A stretch of 64,000 nt of DNA from Eledone cirrhosa (GCA_964016885.1 OZ024741.1:124930001-124994000), one strand, 5' to 3'. Positions 15,145 through 29,094 are shown, counted from the stretch's first letter. Notes: a model not told the origin generated them from the letters alone. A program made the numbers and translations.

Positions 15145-16230
15145 AATTTATTAATAGTGGCGTATACAATGGTTTCTTCATTATAAATACACGGCTTACA
15201 TAAGGAGGACAATAAAGACGATACGGTGAGATTTTTTGAGGGGCGGTCAAAGAAAGGTTTATAACAACTAGTAAAATGTAGACATTTCAAAATTAAACAA
15301 GAAATTTCCCAAAAGTGGGGATACCTCCGACGGTCACTTGTGGAGAAAGCCCACAAAAAGCCACAGTAATCGTGTCGGCAAGGGCAATGCCCTCTCTCAG
15401 CTATCCTCCTCCAATTTATCGATGTATACTCAAAGCAAGTACATTCACTCGGATCATGCTTACCTCTCTCACCCATCTTTTAACAATATTTGAAACGAGA
15501 AAAGTTAATCAGGGCTTCACCGAAGCGGAAAGTGCTTCTCTTCAACCCTTTCAAACGCGTCCATAACACGATCCCTTTCACCATGGCCACCAGGCAGATA
15601 AAAACTGTCAGTCCTTCTTTTCTAAAGGAATATGGTGGGGTGATCTTTACAATGGGCTCAGTTGATAGTCGGATCCCTTCCACATGTGGTTCCAGGTGTT
15701 CGCCATGAACCCACAAGTCAACAATAATCGGACCCTCATCGAGTGCGCTCAGGACAGTTTCATCCCTCGGTGCGCATTTCGAACGAGCCCAGCTGTCGGT
15801 ACGTGCATGCCTATACAGTTTAAATCGCAAAGCTCCTCTGACTAAAAGCTCCTCTGACTAAAAGACCTCTGGGAAAGAGTGGCCAGTTGATTTTCTTTGA
15901 CCACAAGAGTCACCACAAGAACGTCGTCGCTTTTACCCACCACTAAACATATATAGAAAGCCAAGGTGGAGTTTCGAGCAATGGCACTTCCCGATTGGCT
16001 GAGGGCTATGTGCGCTTAAAAACATTCCAGTTTCGACACGCTCACCCTTGATCTTCCCTTGATCCAGATGAGCTATGGAAAATTACATCTAGCAAACGGT
16101 TACCATACCTGTTCATCCTCGAGATAAAGCTGGGAGATGACGTAGTCTGAAAGCATGTTTGCGAATCATCAGCCACGGCATGCGCAGTCCTCTACTCGGC
16201 GGGCTTTGGCAGCAAATGAACTGCCTGACC
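15145..16230 (-). mobile_element. 3' fragment of L1/Tx1-like LINE, same family as 54668-58372
   Basis: VFICLVAMVKGIVLWTRLKGLK (15480-15830 minus) matches VFICLVAMTKEIVWWTRLKGLK (57774-58130 plus). Confidence 0.8.
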
Positions 16231-18065
16231 ATTGGCAGGTGTCCCTTCTACAAAACGCTAAAGAGCAAACGCTGCAGTGCGGTCAGACGTAGCACGATGG
16301 TCAGTTGGTAGTAGATATACGCGTTTTCCACCTCAGCCTGAACTTCTTGTTGTTGTTGTTGTTATTACATTTGTTCTTTCTTCCTTTAGCTCTTTTCTTC
16401 TTTTTTATCTACCACTCCGTTCTCTTCTCCGATTGGTATTCGGATGGATGGTGTGTCTATGCAACTCTCGTTAATAAAATAGATTACCCACAATAAAATA
16501 GATTACCCACAATGCAAAGGGTAAATTAAATGCTTAAAATAATTATAACAACATTATTGAAATGTTAATATTTCGGGATAAAATCAACTCGTCAACCAAT
16601 TCGGGACAGGATATCTAGCATTGTTAATCTGATTAAAAAATGCCAGTATAAGAACAATTCAAGAAACCCTGTACCGAATTACTTTTCTCAACTTTTTATT
16701 TGATGAAAGAATGTTATCCCGAAATATTAAAGACCATTAGACAACTCCAACACACTTGCTACCTTTATTTTAAACATTTAATTCCTAAATGTGCTGCTGT
16801 AACCTTTTAATAAAATACTATTTCCTACTCTTTATGCAACACTTCAAGCAAACAACAACCTCTTAGCTCTAGTTTATTTTTGTTTTGTCTCAGAAATGAA
16901 TAACTTTTGTAAATTGGATGACTTTGGCTATTCCCGTTAGAATTTTTTGTCATATTTCTGAGTGTTTTAGGCGGAACGGAAAGTAAAACAAGGTGTATTA
17001 TTTGTTTGTTTTTTTTCGATCGTTATTTTCTTAGTATTTTTTATGCAAGCTAAACGAAGAAGAGTGTAGCAGGGTGAAACAGCTGCAGCTATACACCAAC
17101 ATGAAAGACGTTTACTGTCAAAACTTCTAATTTTCCATCTCAACTTTAAAATGATGAATGTAATATATGATGGGGAGAGAAAAAGCTTCCAAAAGACATC
17201 AAAGCACTAGCAGTGTCTGAAAAAAGAAGCTTTACATTTGCAAATACATCAATAAATATATATGCAACAGAAAAAAAGCACGTACAAAAATCTCGTCCTG
17301 AATAGTATAACCAACAGATAATAAAACAAACATCAACATAGCGAAAGCAATCAGTACAAAGGCAAAGGGTTTAGAGACAGAACTGAGAAGAAAACCATAT
17401 ATTACATTGAACGCCCACAAAATCATCCTCTCGACAGAGATGAAACGTACACTAATCAACACCGCAAAATGTGATTTATGCGTGTAATGAAACTACAACG
17501 ATTTCGACGATTGGATTTCCAATTGTTCGGCAAGGAAACAGCTTGTTCATGAAATTTACAGGTAAGTGGCTGAGCATTCCACATAAATGTTTACGGTTAT
17601 CGTAATTCAAAGGGAAATTAAATGTAACACACTGTGACGATATCAGCCCTTTAAATTTGAGCTACTGTTCATTCATAGACATCCTAACAGTTTCACTCTA
17701 CCCAGTTTTTCTCATCGGTCTTGGGTCTACCCGAGGCTATTATAAATGATACTTACTCAATATTACATCTAGTGGGATAGAACATAGGGCCTAATAATTA
17801 CGAAGTAAACTTTTTAACGATTCGGTGATGGTGCATCCACTAAACTCGGTATAGTATGCAAATAAATCTGTAAGTATATGATTTTACGGGCAAAGGCCAA
17901 TCGGCAGGAAGCCCAGGGTAGACCCCAAGCAAGATGGTCGGATAATATCCTAGAGCTTGGCTGGTCTCACTTGAGGATCTAGCCAGAACAGTTGGAGACG
18001 GTTACTTCTGACTGCACCCGCTGAAATGGGTATTTACGGATTCTGCCCCTATGACCTTCTCAGAA

Positions 18066-18106
18066 AGAAGAAGAAGAAGAAGAAGAAGAAGAAGAAGAAG
18101 AAGAAG

Positions 18107-18136
<30 letters not shown>
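18066..18136 (+). repeat. (GAA)n microsatellite
   Basis: direct reading. Confidence 0.95.
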
Positions 18137-18138
<2 letters not shown>

Positions 18139-19390
18139 GCAAGGGTGTTGCATTGAAACATTCCTACGCATTACTAAGGGTTTGAGTCCTTTTATATTCT
18201 GAGTTCAAATAACTCTGAAGTCATCTATATTTTTCTTCGTCCGGAATTAATAACATAATTAATTGAAAGGAACTGGCGTCAGTATAATTTAAACATCTCA
18301 TTATTAAATATTTCTGGCCTTGCGCCATTGTTTTAAAAATCAATAGGTTTATGCTTCATTATGATATAAATTTCTGTTTCAAGGCTGCAACATAATCCAA
18401 TATAATGATTTGAAAGAACTGGTTTCTTAATACATAAATTTCAGTATTTTCGTCTGGTATCGCGTGGTTATAGGAACATAGCCAAATGGTCGCGTTTGAT
18501 AGAGGTCGAGGGTGAAAAATAATTATTGTGATGATGGTGTTAAAGATAATGGAAACAGCCTTATAGTTTATCTTTCGTTTTAATTGCGATAGCCATCGTG
18601 GTGCTAATGGGACGACGGGCTCATAGTAAAGAAACAAAATCTGAAAATAGTTTTTAGTCGTTCAGCGCGGAATAAAGTTTTTAATATTTTTTATTATTTT
18701 ACTGTTTTTTGTCTAATGTCTGTGGTCATGCCACGGCACCACCATAAAAAAATCTAGTCGATCATTTTAACTATAGAATATTTTTTTTTTAAACCGGTTC
18801 TTATTCTATCGATCTTTATTTGTCAAACTGCTACCGAATATAAATAGACAGTAAATGCATATATATATTTAGACATGCATATGCATCCAATACATATAGT
18901 AAAATTCAAACATGGCGATCAGAGTAAGATGTATGATATTAATAAAAGTTACTGTTTATTTCGAGGTTTCACAAATGATGCCGTCTTTTCAGAACAGATG
19001 TTGAAAAGCCTGGGTAATTTCAAATCAAATGCTTACTGTGTGCGCGTGTTTATACGAGTATATACGTGTCTCTAAAATACTCAGCCAGTTGTACATTTAT
19101 TTCACCAGCAGGCTATTCCGTGGTTTGAACATCTGTGATAGTGGTCGAAGTCACCAACGAAGGTCCAATACACATTCATACCACCATCAAATATCACACT
19201 TTGAATGAAACTAGATTAATATCATTTCAAAGAAATAACTTCGCTAGATGTTATTGCATCTAAGTTGATATTTCATCAAAATCTCACTATTAAACCGAGC
19301 TGATTATCCGAATAAGGTGAACTAACTCTTGTGAAACTACTTCTACCAAACTCGTCCCATGGACTTAGTGCTAACCCACCAGTGTTCTAC

Positions 19391-19429
<39 letters not shown>

Positions 19430-20147
19430 TTATAGCAAGTTCCATTAATGAAATATCTTCTTCAAACGCTATCATAAATGAAGAGCGTAAACTGTGAAAG
19501 TATCGGCCGCTTTCTTATAGGTTTATGGTCGAGCTTGTGACAGTGAAGACTTCTGGTGTACTTGACACCACGGACCATATCACTAATTACTGCTATCGGG
19601 ATGGAATCAGCTACCCGCAAGTATGAACCGTACGAGGTGCAGTGGCTGTTCTCGAGCGTTTCCCTCGCTATCCTCCAGGGTAACGTTTTCTTCATTCTGT
19701 AAGCCGTGACCACGAGGCAGGTTGACCCTTGAATACTGAGGGGTAAATACAGATCACACTTACACACGAAATAACCTTTGTTATTTTTCTGCCACCTGAT
19801 AGTATATTGGAAGTGTTGAATCTTAAAATCTAGTAAAATGTGTCTCCTTTGCATCTTCTTTGTTCTCTAGACTGTCTGCTCACCCTATGAGACTGACAGA
19901 CACTTGAACAGTGAGTAGCACGTACAGATCAGACACACATACACACACACAATCCGAGCTTGAATAGCTCTTCCAGCGCGACTGCCTCACCATCCTCCAT
20001 GGAAACGCCTTCTCTATTCTGCACACCGGGGCCGCGTGGCGGCCAGCATCTGCGGCCTTATTTGCTTATAAAAGTGAGAGATGGGGGGGGGGGACTGGAG
20101 AAACAGCGACAGTAACAGTGGGAGTTGGTTCCTTTGTGTTCTGAACT

Positions 20148-20182
<35 letters not shown>

Positions 20183-20185
<3 letters not shown>

Positions 20186-21968
20186 AAACTGGCAATCTAT
20201 ATCAAGTGGAGCGAAGTACTTACCATCAACTACTACATAATGCTGTAACTAAGGATTACCGTAAAACTAATCGAAGCGTCATTAATGAAATCAACGATGC
20301 TGGGGTTAAAATTACCTCTGATCTCAACATCCTGGACCGGACTGAACCTCTGGACCCTATTTCTCCCCACTTTACCCTGATGGATCACAAATCCAATTTT
20401 CCGAACAACCCCTCTATTCGGCTTATTAACCCTACGAAGTCCGATTTAGGTAGACTTAGTAAAAGGAATCTTGATAGAATCATACCTGAAATTAGAAGTT
20501 TGGCCCCTCTTGCACTGTGGAACAATTCTTTCGCGGTGATTGATTGGTTCAACGGCATATGCAACAAGGAACATTGCCGTTTTATCCAATTCGACATCAA
20601 TAATTACTACTCCTCCATCACTTTACCACTTCTCCTTAGAGCTATCAATTTCGCTAAAACACTCACAGTGGTTAAGGATTTCGAAGTTGATGTCATCCTC
20701 AATGCCCGTAAGTCGGTGATTAATTTCGACGACTCTATTTGGATTAAAAAATCTAATCGTACCCCATTCGACGTGAGTATGGGCGCCAGCGATTCTGCGG
20801 AGGTTACTGATCTCATCGGCTTTTTCCTTATTTTCTCTATCAAGGAAGAATTCCCCAACGTGGGCGGTGGTTTGTACCGTGATGATGGTATTTTGACCAT
20901 GACTATGTGCGGCCCACGTGCTTGCGACAGGTTCAGAAAAGAACTCACATCCTTCTTTAAAGGATTCAACCTCTCCATACAGGTTGAGGCAACCTCTCGG
21001 TCGTTAATTACCTCGACGTTACCCTCAATTTATCGAATGGCTTGCATTACCCGTATAGAAAGCCGAATGATACGCTTAATTACATAAGTAAGCATTTTAA
21101 CCATCCTGCCAGCATAACCAAGAACCTGGTAAGAAACGTTTATTTGAGGCTTTCCCGACTATCTACTAACGAGCATATTTTCAACGACCATTCCACATAT
21201 TACAATGAAGCTCTTGCTCGGAATGGATTTGTCGATAAGGTAGCATATACAGAGTACGAGAATAGACCTAGAAGAAATAGATCCCGACGCATTATATGGT
21301 ATAACCCACCATATAATATGGAGGTGGCCACACCATTAGCTAAGATCTTTCTCTCCCTTATTATGAAGCATTTTCCCCCTACACATAAATATAGTAAACT
21401 TTTTAATAGAAATGCTATTAAAATTTCTTACTCTACGACTCCTAACCTTGCACATAACCTCACAGCTTCGAATTTAGCTAAACTATCTAGCCGTAGGAAC
21501 ACATGCAACCCTGTAGTTAGTACTAACTGTAACTGTAGGAGTCGGGTTGACTGCCCCCTATCCGGGAAATACCTCTCTAGTAACACTGTCTACAAATGTA
21601 AGGTTGTAACACCCACGTCCCGTAGGGCGTATATAGGGTTAACCGCCAATAGTTTCAAGCAGCGTCTTTACATGCATACCCATTCTTTTCGTTACCCTCT
21701 AAGAAGGAATATGACGTCACTTTCAGCTTATATCTGGAGTCTAAAAGACAACCACACCCAATATAAGTTACACTGGGAGATCCTAGCTAGGGCTAGATCG
21801 TATAACGGAAATAAAAGACCATGTGACCTCTGAGCCGCTGAGGCCCTGGAAATACTCTACGCCAAAGACCACATCTTAAACAAAAAATCTGAGGCAATTT
21901 CGGCTTGTAAAAATAAATTGCACAAAACTTTCCTGTATTACAACCCCACATTATACCCTAACGGATAG
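20183..21968 (+). pseudogene. PLE RT-GIY-YIG polyprotein, one frameshift near 21000 and in-frame TGA at 21831 followed by 44 more conserved codons
   Basis: after CDL* the frame continues AAEALEILYAKDHILNKKSEAISACKNKLHKTFLYYNPTLYPNG* (stop 21966-21968). Confidence 0.85.
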
Positions 21969-22359
21969 TACGAACTATACACGGATATTTTACGTCCTGA
22001 TGTGGTAGCTAAGTATATGTTATCTTTATAGCTTTACTTATTTGTATAGGTAAGTATATATTACCTGTATGTTTTGTGAAGGTACGTATACTTTCTCGTA
22101 CGTTTATTTGATTGTATATGTTATGGCGCATATATTATTTTTTCTGGTACATATGCTTTTGGTTATGTGTATACGTGAGTTTTGCGTCTGTGTGAGTATG
22201 CGGGTTCGTACGTATGTAGGGTGTGTGTATATGTGTACATCGTGTTTTGGTTGACGGTCGTCTCCGAACATATGTGTATTTACATGTAGGTATGTGTGTG
22301 CGCTTGTTATATACGTATTTATTTATTTATATACGTTTATTTAATTATATGTATACACG

Positions 22360-22390
<31 letters not shown>

Positions 22391-22660
22391 TTTTTATATA
22401 TATTTTTTTTTTATGTATATTTGGTGTATACTTTCGTATGCGTGCGGGTACAGGCGTTTCGTAGGTTCTGTATGTGTGTGCGGTTTTTTTTGTGTACGTG
22501 CGTGTATTTGTATAGCTATGGCGAGTGTTTTCGCGTATTCTTGTGTATGTACGTATATGAATGCGTGTATGTATTTATTTAATTTCATTTACCTCTGTAT
22601 TTTATATACTTTATCCTTAATTCTGAAGCCGAGAATCATTCGGTTTCCTAATTAGAATTT

Positions 22661-22930
22661 TAGTCTACGACTTCAGTTATACCATTTACGTGGTTTTGTC
22701 TTTGCGTGCAATTGTTCTTACCGCTCCATATATGACGTATTATCTTCGTTTTTTCCATTCATTGCCAGAGAACGTCTCTATGAACCACCTAATAGAATAT
22801 TAGTCTACGACTTCTTTTATACCATAAACGTGGTTTTGTCTTTGCGTGTAATTGTTTTTCACCGCTCCTATTAATGACGTATTATATTCGTTTTTTCCCG
22901 TTCTTTGCCAGGGAACGTTTCCACGAACCA
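22661..22930 (+). repeat. Two diverged 140-bp tandem units in PLE 3' region
   Basis: tagtctacgacttc..acgtggttttgtctttgcgtg at 22661 and 22801. Confidence 0.85.
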
Positions 22931-23008
22931 AAGTATCGTCTTCCTGTCTTCCTCCGGTTGCAACGTTTTTTGAAATATTCACTTCTGCGTTCACAGATTG
23001 ACTTTGTT

Positions 23009-23059
23009 AGTTTCAGAAGATCCCGTTAAGGATGAAAGCAGAGATTCTTTGCTTAAACT
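23009..23059 (+). ncRNA. Type I hammerhead, CAGAAGA core, at PLE 3' end
   Basis: agttt-CAGAAGA-tcc(cgttaa)gga-t-GAAA-gcagag(att)ctttgc-TT-aaact; perfect 5-bp helix I. Confidence 0.75.
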
Positions 23060-23281
23060 TTAATCTGTTATTTTAATAAATAATTAATATATATATATAT
23101 ATTTATATATGTATGTTTCACAGACACTTTTAGCACTCAAACTTTTAACTGAACATTACATAGTGTTTTACTTCTGTTCATCATTCTTATCATCTCTATT
23201 AACACTTTCGCTACTCAGGCCACCGGAGCAATGAGCGCACTGACTCTTCAACAGTGAGTGGCACATACAGATCACACGTAT

Positions 23282-23345
<64 letters not shown>

Positions 23346-23886
23346 ATACACACACACACATACACATTCACACACATATACACACTCACATAGACGTTAA
23401 CTTCTATTCATCTTTGTTGATGTTGATAAACTTTGAAAATTTATGTTGATATATTACAATGACTAAACAACTGAAAAATAACTACAATAAAATTTAAAAT
23501 TTGTCTTATTGGTGTAAAATGTAAATGTTTCAGACACTTGATATCACCTCTCCTAAACAATTTCCAATAAATCTCAGTAAATAATTGTTTCTACTTTTTG
23601 GCACAAGGCCAATATTATTCACCAACACCTATATCCAAAGCTTCATTTAGATGAACAGTGGAGCTAAACTTTCATACATATTTATGTATATATATATATA
23701 TATATATATACATATATATATTTCTACCTGGAGTTGAAACCGATAGATAGTATTAGCAATTGGAAAGACCAATGGAAACATTGTTTCCTAGGTCCGATTT
23801 GACGAAAATCGATCGTTCCTTTTATATATATATACATAAAAAGAGAGGGAGGGATAGAGAGAGAAAGAATTATGCACACTCACACA

Positions 23887-23965
<79 letters not shown>

Positions 23966-24402
23966 GTTTAAATTTAGTGGTTTACCTCTGGATAAAATTG
24001 GTCATTCTGCAATGTTAATCATGGTGTAATATGAGAAAAGCACTCGACGTTATGTAACTCATCCATCTTTGATGCTAAATCATGCTGGTGGTGTGGGAAG
24101 GGAGTTTCAAAATGACAGGAGGCCGGACAGGTTGAATTTTCTTAATTACTTATTTCTGCAAATACTATGTACATTTCAGTGGCCAGGTTGCGTAAGAACC
24201 CTGTGAGATCTCCAGGTGTAAATTTCATAATAGTTGTATACCAAAGAAATGGTGGTAAGCACATTCCAGGAGGCGTTAAGGAAAAAAGAGAAGAAGAAAA
24301 CAGAGAAGAAAAAAGTGTTTTGTTTTTTATCCAGAGATGATCGTAGCAGCATATTGTTATTATACCTCGCGGGCCTGAATGATTATATATAGAGAGAGAG
24401 AA

Positions 24403-24957
24403 TGTCGGACGCCATGCTTTCCAGCATAGTTACGTCCCTTTATGGTCTGAGTTCAAATCCCGTCAAGGTTAACTTTTCTTTTCATCCTTACGGGGTCGAT
24501 AAAATAAAGTACCAGTAATGTACTGGGTAATCCTAGCATTGTGCCAAAATTAGAAACAACTATTTGTTTACCAGTTTGAGCACTCAATGCTTAAATAGGT
24601 CCATCTGCTGATGTGGTATTTTACGTTTGGTATTTCACTATTGTCGGTATCCTTAAGAAGCAGAGTTTGATAATTTAATAATTGTTTCTACTTGAGGCAC
24701 AAGGCCAGCAATTACCCAGTGCATTACTGGTACTTTATTTTATCGACCCCGTAAGGATGAAAGGCAAAGTTAACCTCGGCAGGATTTGAATTCAGACCAT
24801 AAAGGGCCATAACTCTGTGCTGCAAAGCATACCAATACTGCCTATCCACCGCCCTTAAGTTTCTACTTTTTGGCAGAAGGCCAACAATTATCCAACGTAT
24901 TACTGGTACTTTATTTTATCGACCCCGTAAGGATGAAAGGCAAAGTTAACCTCGGCG
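24403..24957. mobile_element. Cluster of three SINE family 1 copies (24403-24560 +, 24683-24852 -, 24859-24957 -)
   Basis: same core and B box as other copies. Confidence 0.85.
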
Positions 24958-26004
24958 CCACCCTTATAATGAGGAGTAGGAACAGGAATGAAGTATCAAT
25001 ATAGCATCATTATGTTTATTCACATGTATATACATTCATTCTAAATGTTTTCCTATAATCAAGATTCAACAATTTTCATATTTGTTTGTTGTTTGTTTTT
25101 AGAATAAACTTTGGTTTTATTGTAATATACACATTGTTTATTCTACTAGTGTTCTCCTTTTGTTTTTCGCCACTGTATATTATTGTAGTTGTATAGTAAC
25201 TGCTATATATATTCGACGTTTAGATTTGTTATATTAAATTAGTCAATAATTTTGATTTTCCAACATATAATTGATTATGCAAGCCTTTGTAATGGTTCCC
25301 TGTGACCTGACATGACTTTTGTAAAATGTGGCATTATCTTTAGATAATACAGCATGGAGAATGGGTGATATTTAATCGTATCTTGTTTTTCATGAATCAT
25401 AGAATTATAAAAATACATCTAAATATAGCTGAAGCTTCTAGCTACTGAAATAGTTTTGCGTATATGACATCATATCCTATAATAATTCGCTACTGCAATT
25501 ATGTAACAGTATTTGTAATAACTTAACCAGATATACATAACTTATATCATATTGAGAATGAAACTATGTGATAAATAATATCGATCTATAATCGTTTCCG
25601 TAAATATCTTTATTGAAATGCAAATGATGATTCCGTTGAGACTCTCATGGTAGACACTTGATTGGTAGACAAAGTAATATGTTAATCTCTCGACGTAGAT
25701 TATGAATATCATTCGCTGATAAAAGTGATATGAATTTTATATGAATAAGATAGAGTTCGAACAATGCTGCCATTCTGATTTATGAGAGCTGCGTATGGTG
25801 GCGAAGAAATATAATAGAATATGAAATGCTTATGAGATCTTACAAAGAGAACAATGTTTCTATTGGTATTTCCATTGTTGATATTGGCTGCCCATTACAA
25901 CTATAGAAAGTAGGAAGGAATTGAACTCAGAACGTACAGAACCAATATATCAATGCTTCACGTTAGACAATTCTAACGTCGCATCTATTTTCACTTTGTT
26001 AAAT

Positions 26005-26300
26005 AATCATGGTGTAACACTAATAAACCAGCGCGTTATAACACTAGTAAACAATCGTGTTATAACACTAATAAACAACCGCGTTATAACATTAATAAAC
26101 CACCGCATTATTACACTTATAAACAAACGCGTTATAACACTAATAAACAAACGTGTTATAGCACTAATAAACAAACGTGTTATAGCACTAATAAACAACC
26201 ATGTTATAACACTAATAAGCAATCGTGTTATAACACTAATAAGTAATCATGTTGTAACACTAATAAACAATCGCGTTATAGCACTAATAAACAACCGTGT
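26005..26300 (+). repeat. 24-bp minisatellite, ~12 units (acactaataaacaatcgtgttata)
   Basis: periodic ITLINNRV in ORF 25921; unit junction gtgttataacac is palindromic. Confidence 0.9.
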
Positions 26301-27195
26301 TGGTGGTGATGGTAGTGGTGGTAGTGGTGGTGGTGGTGGTAGTGGTGGTGTTGGTGGTAGTGGTGGTAGTGGTAGTGGTGCTGGTGCTGGTGCTGGTGGT
26401 ACTGGTGGTGTTGGTGGTAGTGGTGGTGGTTGGTGGTGGTGGTTGGTGGTGTTGGTGGTGTTGGTGGTGTTGGTGGTGGTGGTGGTGGTGGTGTCCGTGG
26501 TGGTGGTAGTGGTAGTGGTGGTGGTGGCGGTAGTGGTGGTGGTGGTGGTGCTGGTGGTACTGGTGGTGTTGGTGGTAGTGGTGGTGGTTGGTGGTGGTGG
26601 TTGGTGGTGTTGGTGGTGTTGGTGGTGTTGGTGGTGGTGTTGGTGGTGTCCGTGGTGGTGGTAGTGGTAGTGGTGGTGGTGGTGGTGGTGGCGGTGGTGG
26701 TGGTGGTAGTGGTGGTGGTGCTGGTGGTACTGGTGGTGTTGGTGGTAGTGGTGGTGGTTGGTGGTGGTAATTGGTGGTGTTGGTGGTGCTGGTGGTGTTG
26801 GTGGTGGTGGTGGTGGTGGTGGTGTCCGTGGTGGTGGTAGTGGTAGTGGTGGTGGTGGCGGTGGTGGTACTGGTGGTGGTGCTAGTGGTGGTAGTAGTGG
26901 CAATGGTGATGGTGGTTGTTGCAGTGGCAGTGGTGATGGTGGTGGTGGTGGTGGTGGTGGTGGTGGTGGTGATGATGGTGTTGGTTGTGGTAGTGGAAGT
27001 GGTGATGGTGGTGGTGGTGATGGGGGTGATGGTGGTGGTAGTGCTGCTGCTGCTGGAAATGATTATGGTGATGGCGTTACTGGTGGTCGTGGTGACGGCA
27101 GTGGTCGTGGTAGTGGTTGTGGTAGTAGTGGTGGTAGTGGTGGTGGTTGCTGTTATTGGTTTTGGTGGAGATGGTGGTGATGATGGCGATGATGG
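26298..27195 (+). repeat. (GGT)n-derived degenerate tandem repeat with higher-order ~160-170-bp units
   Basis: recurring ggtgtccgtggtggtggtagtggtagt and ggtactggtggtgttggtggtagt blocks. Confidence 0.95.
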
Positions 27196-27229
27196 TACAT
27201 TTCTTTTTCTTTATCCTTATAGTGTAGAT

Positions 27230-27550
27230 GCAGCATGGTCGAATGGTTAAGGAGTCCGCTTGGCAGTCATTATTTCCAGTTATGAAACCCACAGACTGGA
27301 AACATGGACACGTGCCATTTACCAAGATCCCTGCCTTGGGAGTGAAATAGAATTGGCGGAAACTATTTGGTAGCCCGTTGGATAGTCTGAACCTGGCGCT
27401 AGTTTTGTCACACACTGTATCACATTGAGATTTACGTTATAGGTTCACGTATGTTTGAACAACCTAGCCACTTACAAATTAATTTCATGAGCAAGCTATT
27501 TCATTGATCAAACAAACGGAACACTCATCGTAGAAATCGACGGAGGTCCA
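27230..27550 (+). mobile_element. Degenerate SINE (family 2)
   Basis: A-box-like tggtcgaatggttaagg; 3' part aaattaatttcatgagcaagctatttc resembles 58660-58690 and 19090-19125. Confidence 0.45.
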
Positions 27551-27767
27551 TCGAAGTGTTCACTTCAATGATTGTGTTATTTGACTTCATTGGTTATCCA
27601 AGTGATTATTTTTAACAAATAATATTTATTAATAACTTGTGAAACCGTGTCGTCAAAATTGACGACTGTTTACATGCATATTAAAAGTCATCCAGTTACA
27701 TTTGCTGGATGGATAACCAACAATTGGAATTCTTCTAAATATAAGTTGTTATGAAATTACTGATCAA

Positions 27768-27938
27768 GTATCGGTAGAGGGTTGGACGCCATGCTTTCTA
27801 GCATAGTTACGTCCCTTTACAGTCTGAGTTCAAATCCCGCCGAGGTTAACTTTGCCTTTCATCCTTACAGGGTCGATAAAATAAAGTACCAGTAATGTAC
27901 TGGGTAATTGCTGGCCTTGTGCCTAAAGTAGAAACAAA
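27768..27938 (+). mobile_element. Well-preserved tRNA-derived SINE family 1 copy
   Basis: agtatcggtagagggttggacgcc (A-box-like), gagttcaaatccc (B box), core, 3' gcctaaagtagaaacaa. Confidence 0.85.
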
Positions 27939-28034
27939 TATTGTATTAAGGCTAGCTCTTTTATTTTAAACACTTACTTTTACCCTGTTTATTTATCTTT
28001 CCCTCTTGCGCGCTCTCTCTCCCTCTCTCTCTCC

Positions 28035-28075
<41 letters not shown>

Positions 28076-28500
28076 CTGAGCACATCAGCTGAGGGCCTAT
28101 TAGGAACAGGAAGGAAGGATTTGTTAGTAAAGCCGTAAGAGTGAGAAAGAGAAATAGCAAGAATGAGAGAGAATGTTTAAAAGGTTACACATAGACAAAT
28201 ATAAATATATAAATATATATACCTACAGATACGTGATAGGTATTACAACATCGGATTCATTCTTTGAACTACACATACTTTCCTATGTTTCCTCAAGCAA
28301 ATACGTCAACTATCGTTGTTTTCTAACATGCTGAAAATAATTTGTTATACATTTTGTGACAAAAGACAAGCCACCATTGAAACAAATATGTCGGTCTCAT
28401 CAGCAATAAATATAATATGATGTGTGCTTATGAGTGAAACGTTTGATATACGAGTGTGCAGAATGTTTTATGACCTCTCACTCTCTCATGCTCATTTCTT

Positions 28501-28542
<42 letters not shown>

Positions 28543-28547
<5 letters not shown>

Positions 28548-29041
28548 TATATAAAGTTGTAGTTCCTGTCTGTTTCTTTGTTTGTTTACGAACTCCTCCG
28601 ATGGTTTTGGAGATAGACCCCCATAACCATATATATTCTGAAACTATATTGCCCAGGGTACTTGGATAAGTTTATTTCATTTTAATAAAGGATTCCGCGG
28701 GGGCACAAACCCCAACTGAAAATGTTTTTCCTTCGATTTATATGAAATTTAAACCATAGGTAAATGACAAGATATGATGCCTATTCACAAATGTTTTGAA
28801 TTGATATCTTGAAAAAATTATTTACGAGAAACAAAATAAGAATAAGATTTAATAATGTAATTTTGATTTGATATATTACAAAAAACAATGTTTTCCAATT
28901 TTTCATACATTACATTTTACATTGAGTAATATTGAAATGCAGAGTTTTTCTTCATAAATAATATCACTGATTTAAAATCAATCATCATTTTCTTACAAAA
29001 AGAAATGTGTGAAACTCAGCAAGGCGTGGGTAATTCGGCTA

Positions 29042-29042
<1 letters not shown>
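28543..29042 (+). mobile_element. Possible non-autonomous Helitron-type element
   Basis: starts in AT run with tgtctgtttctttgtttgttt, ends gcaaggcgtgggtaattcggCTAG followed by T; terminal hairpin weak. Confidence 0.35.

Positions 29043-29093
<51 letters not shown>

Positions 29094-29094
<1 letters not shown>

Larger units (their letters stand above)
20183..23080 (+). mobile_element. 5'-truncated Penelope-like element (Naiad-like) between (TA)n tracts: RT + GIY-YIG, long 3' region, terminal HHR, AATAAA
   Basis: KTGNLY, RLINPTKSDLG, QFDINNYYSSI, MGASDSAE, GLYRDDG, IIWYNPPY, CNC..CPL, VYKC..YIGLT..FKQR; HHR at 23009. Confidence 0.9.

Noticed and set aside
19480-19560. Possible minus-strand HHR (cagaagt...GAAA gcg...cgc TC)
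   Set aside because: No helix I and no convincing helix II
22725-22900. SECIS in the 140-bp tandem units (ATGAC motif)
   Set aside because: No apical AA at the expected distance and no clear GA partner by eye; left for SECISearch
23725-23800. GAAA-cattg-TT after a ttgg/ccaa hairpin
   Set aside because: No recognisable CUGANGA core upstream
26005-26300. CRISPR-like appearance of the palindromic 24-bp repeat
   Set aside because: No unique spacers, eukaryotic context, no cas genes
25921-27250. Gly-, Val-, Pro- or Thr-rich protein ORFs
   Set aside because: Open in several frames on both strands because (GGT)n lacks stops; frame shifts between units
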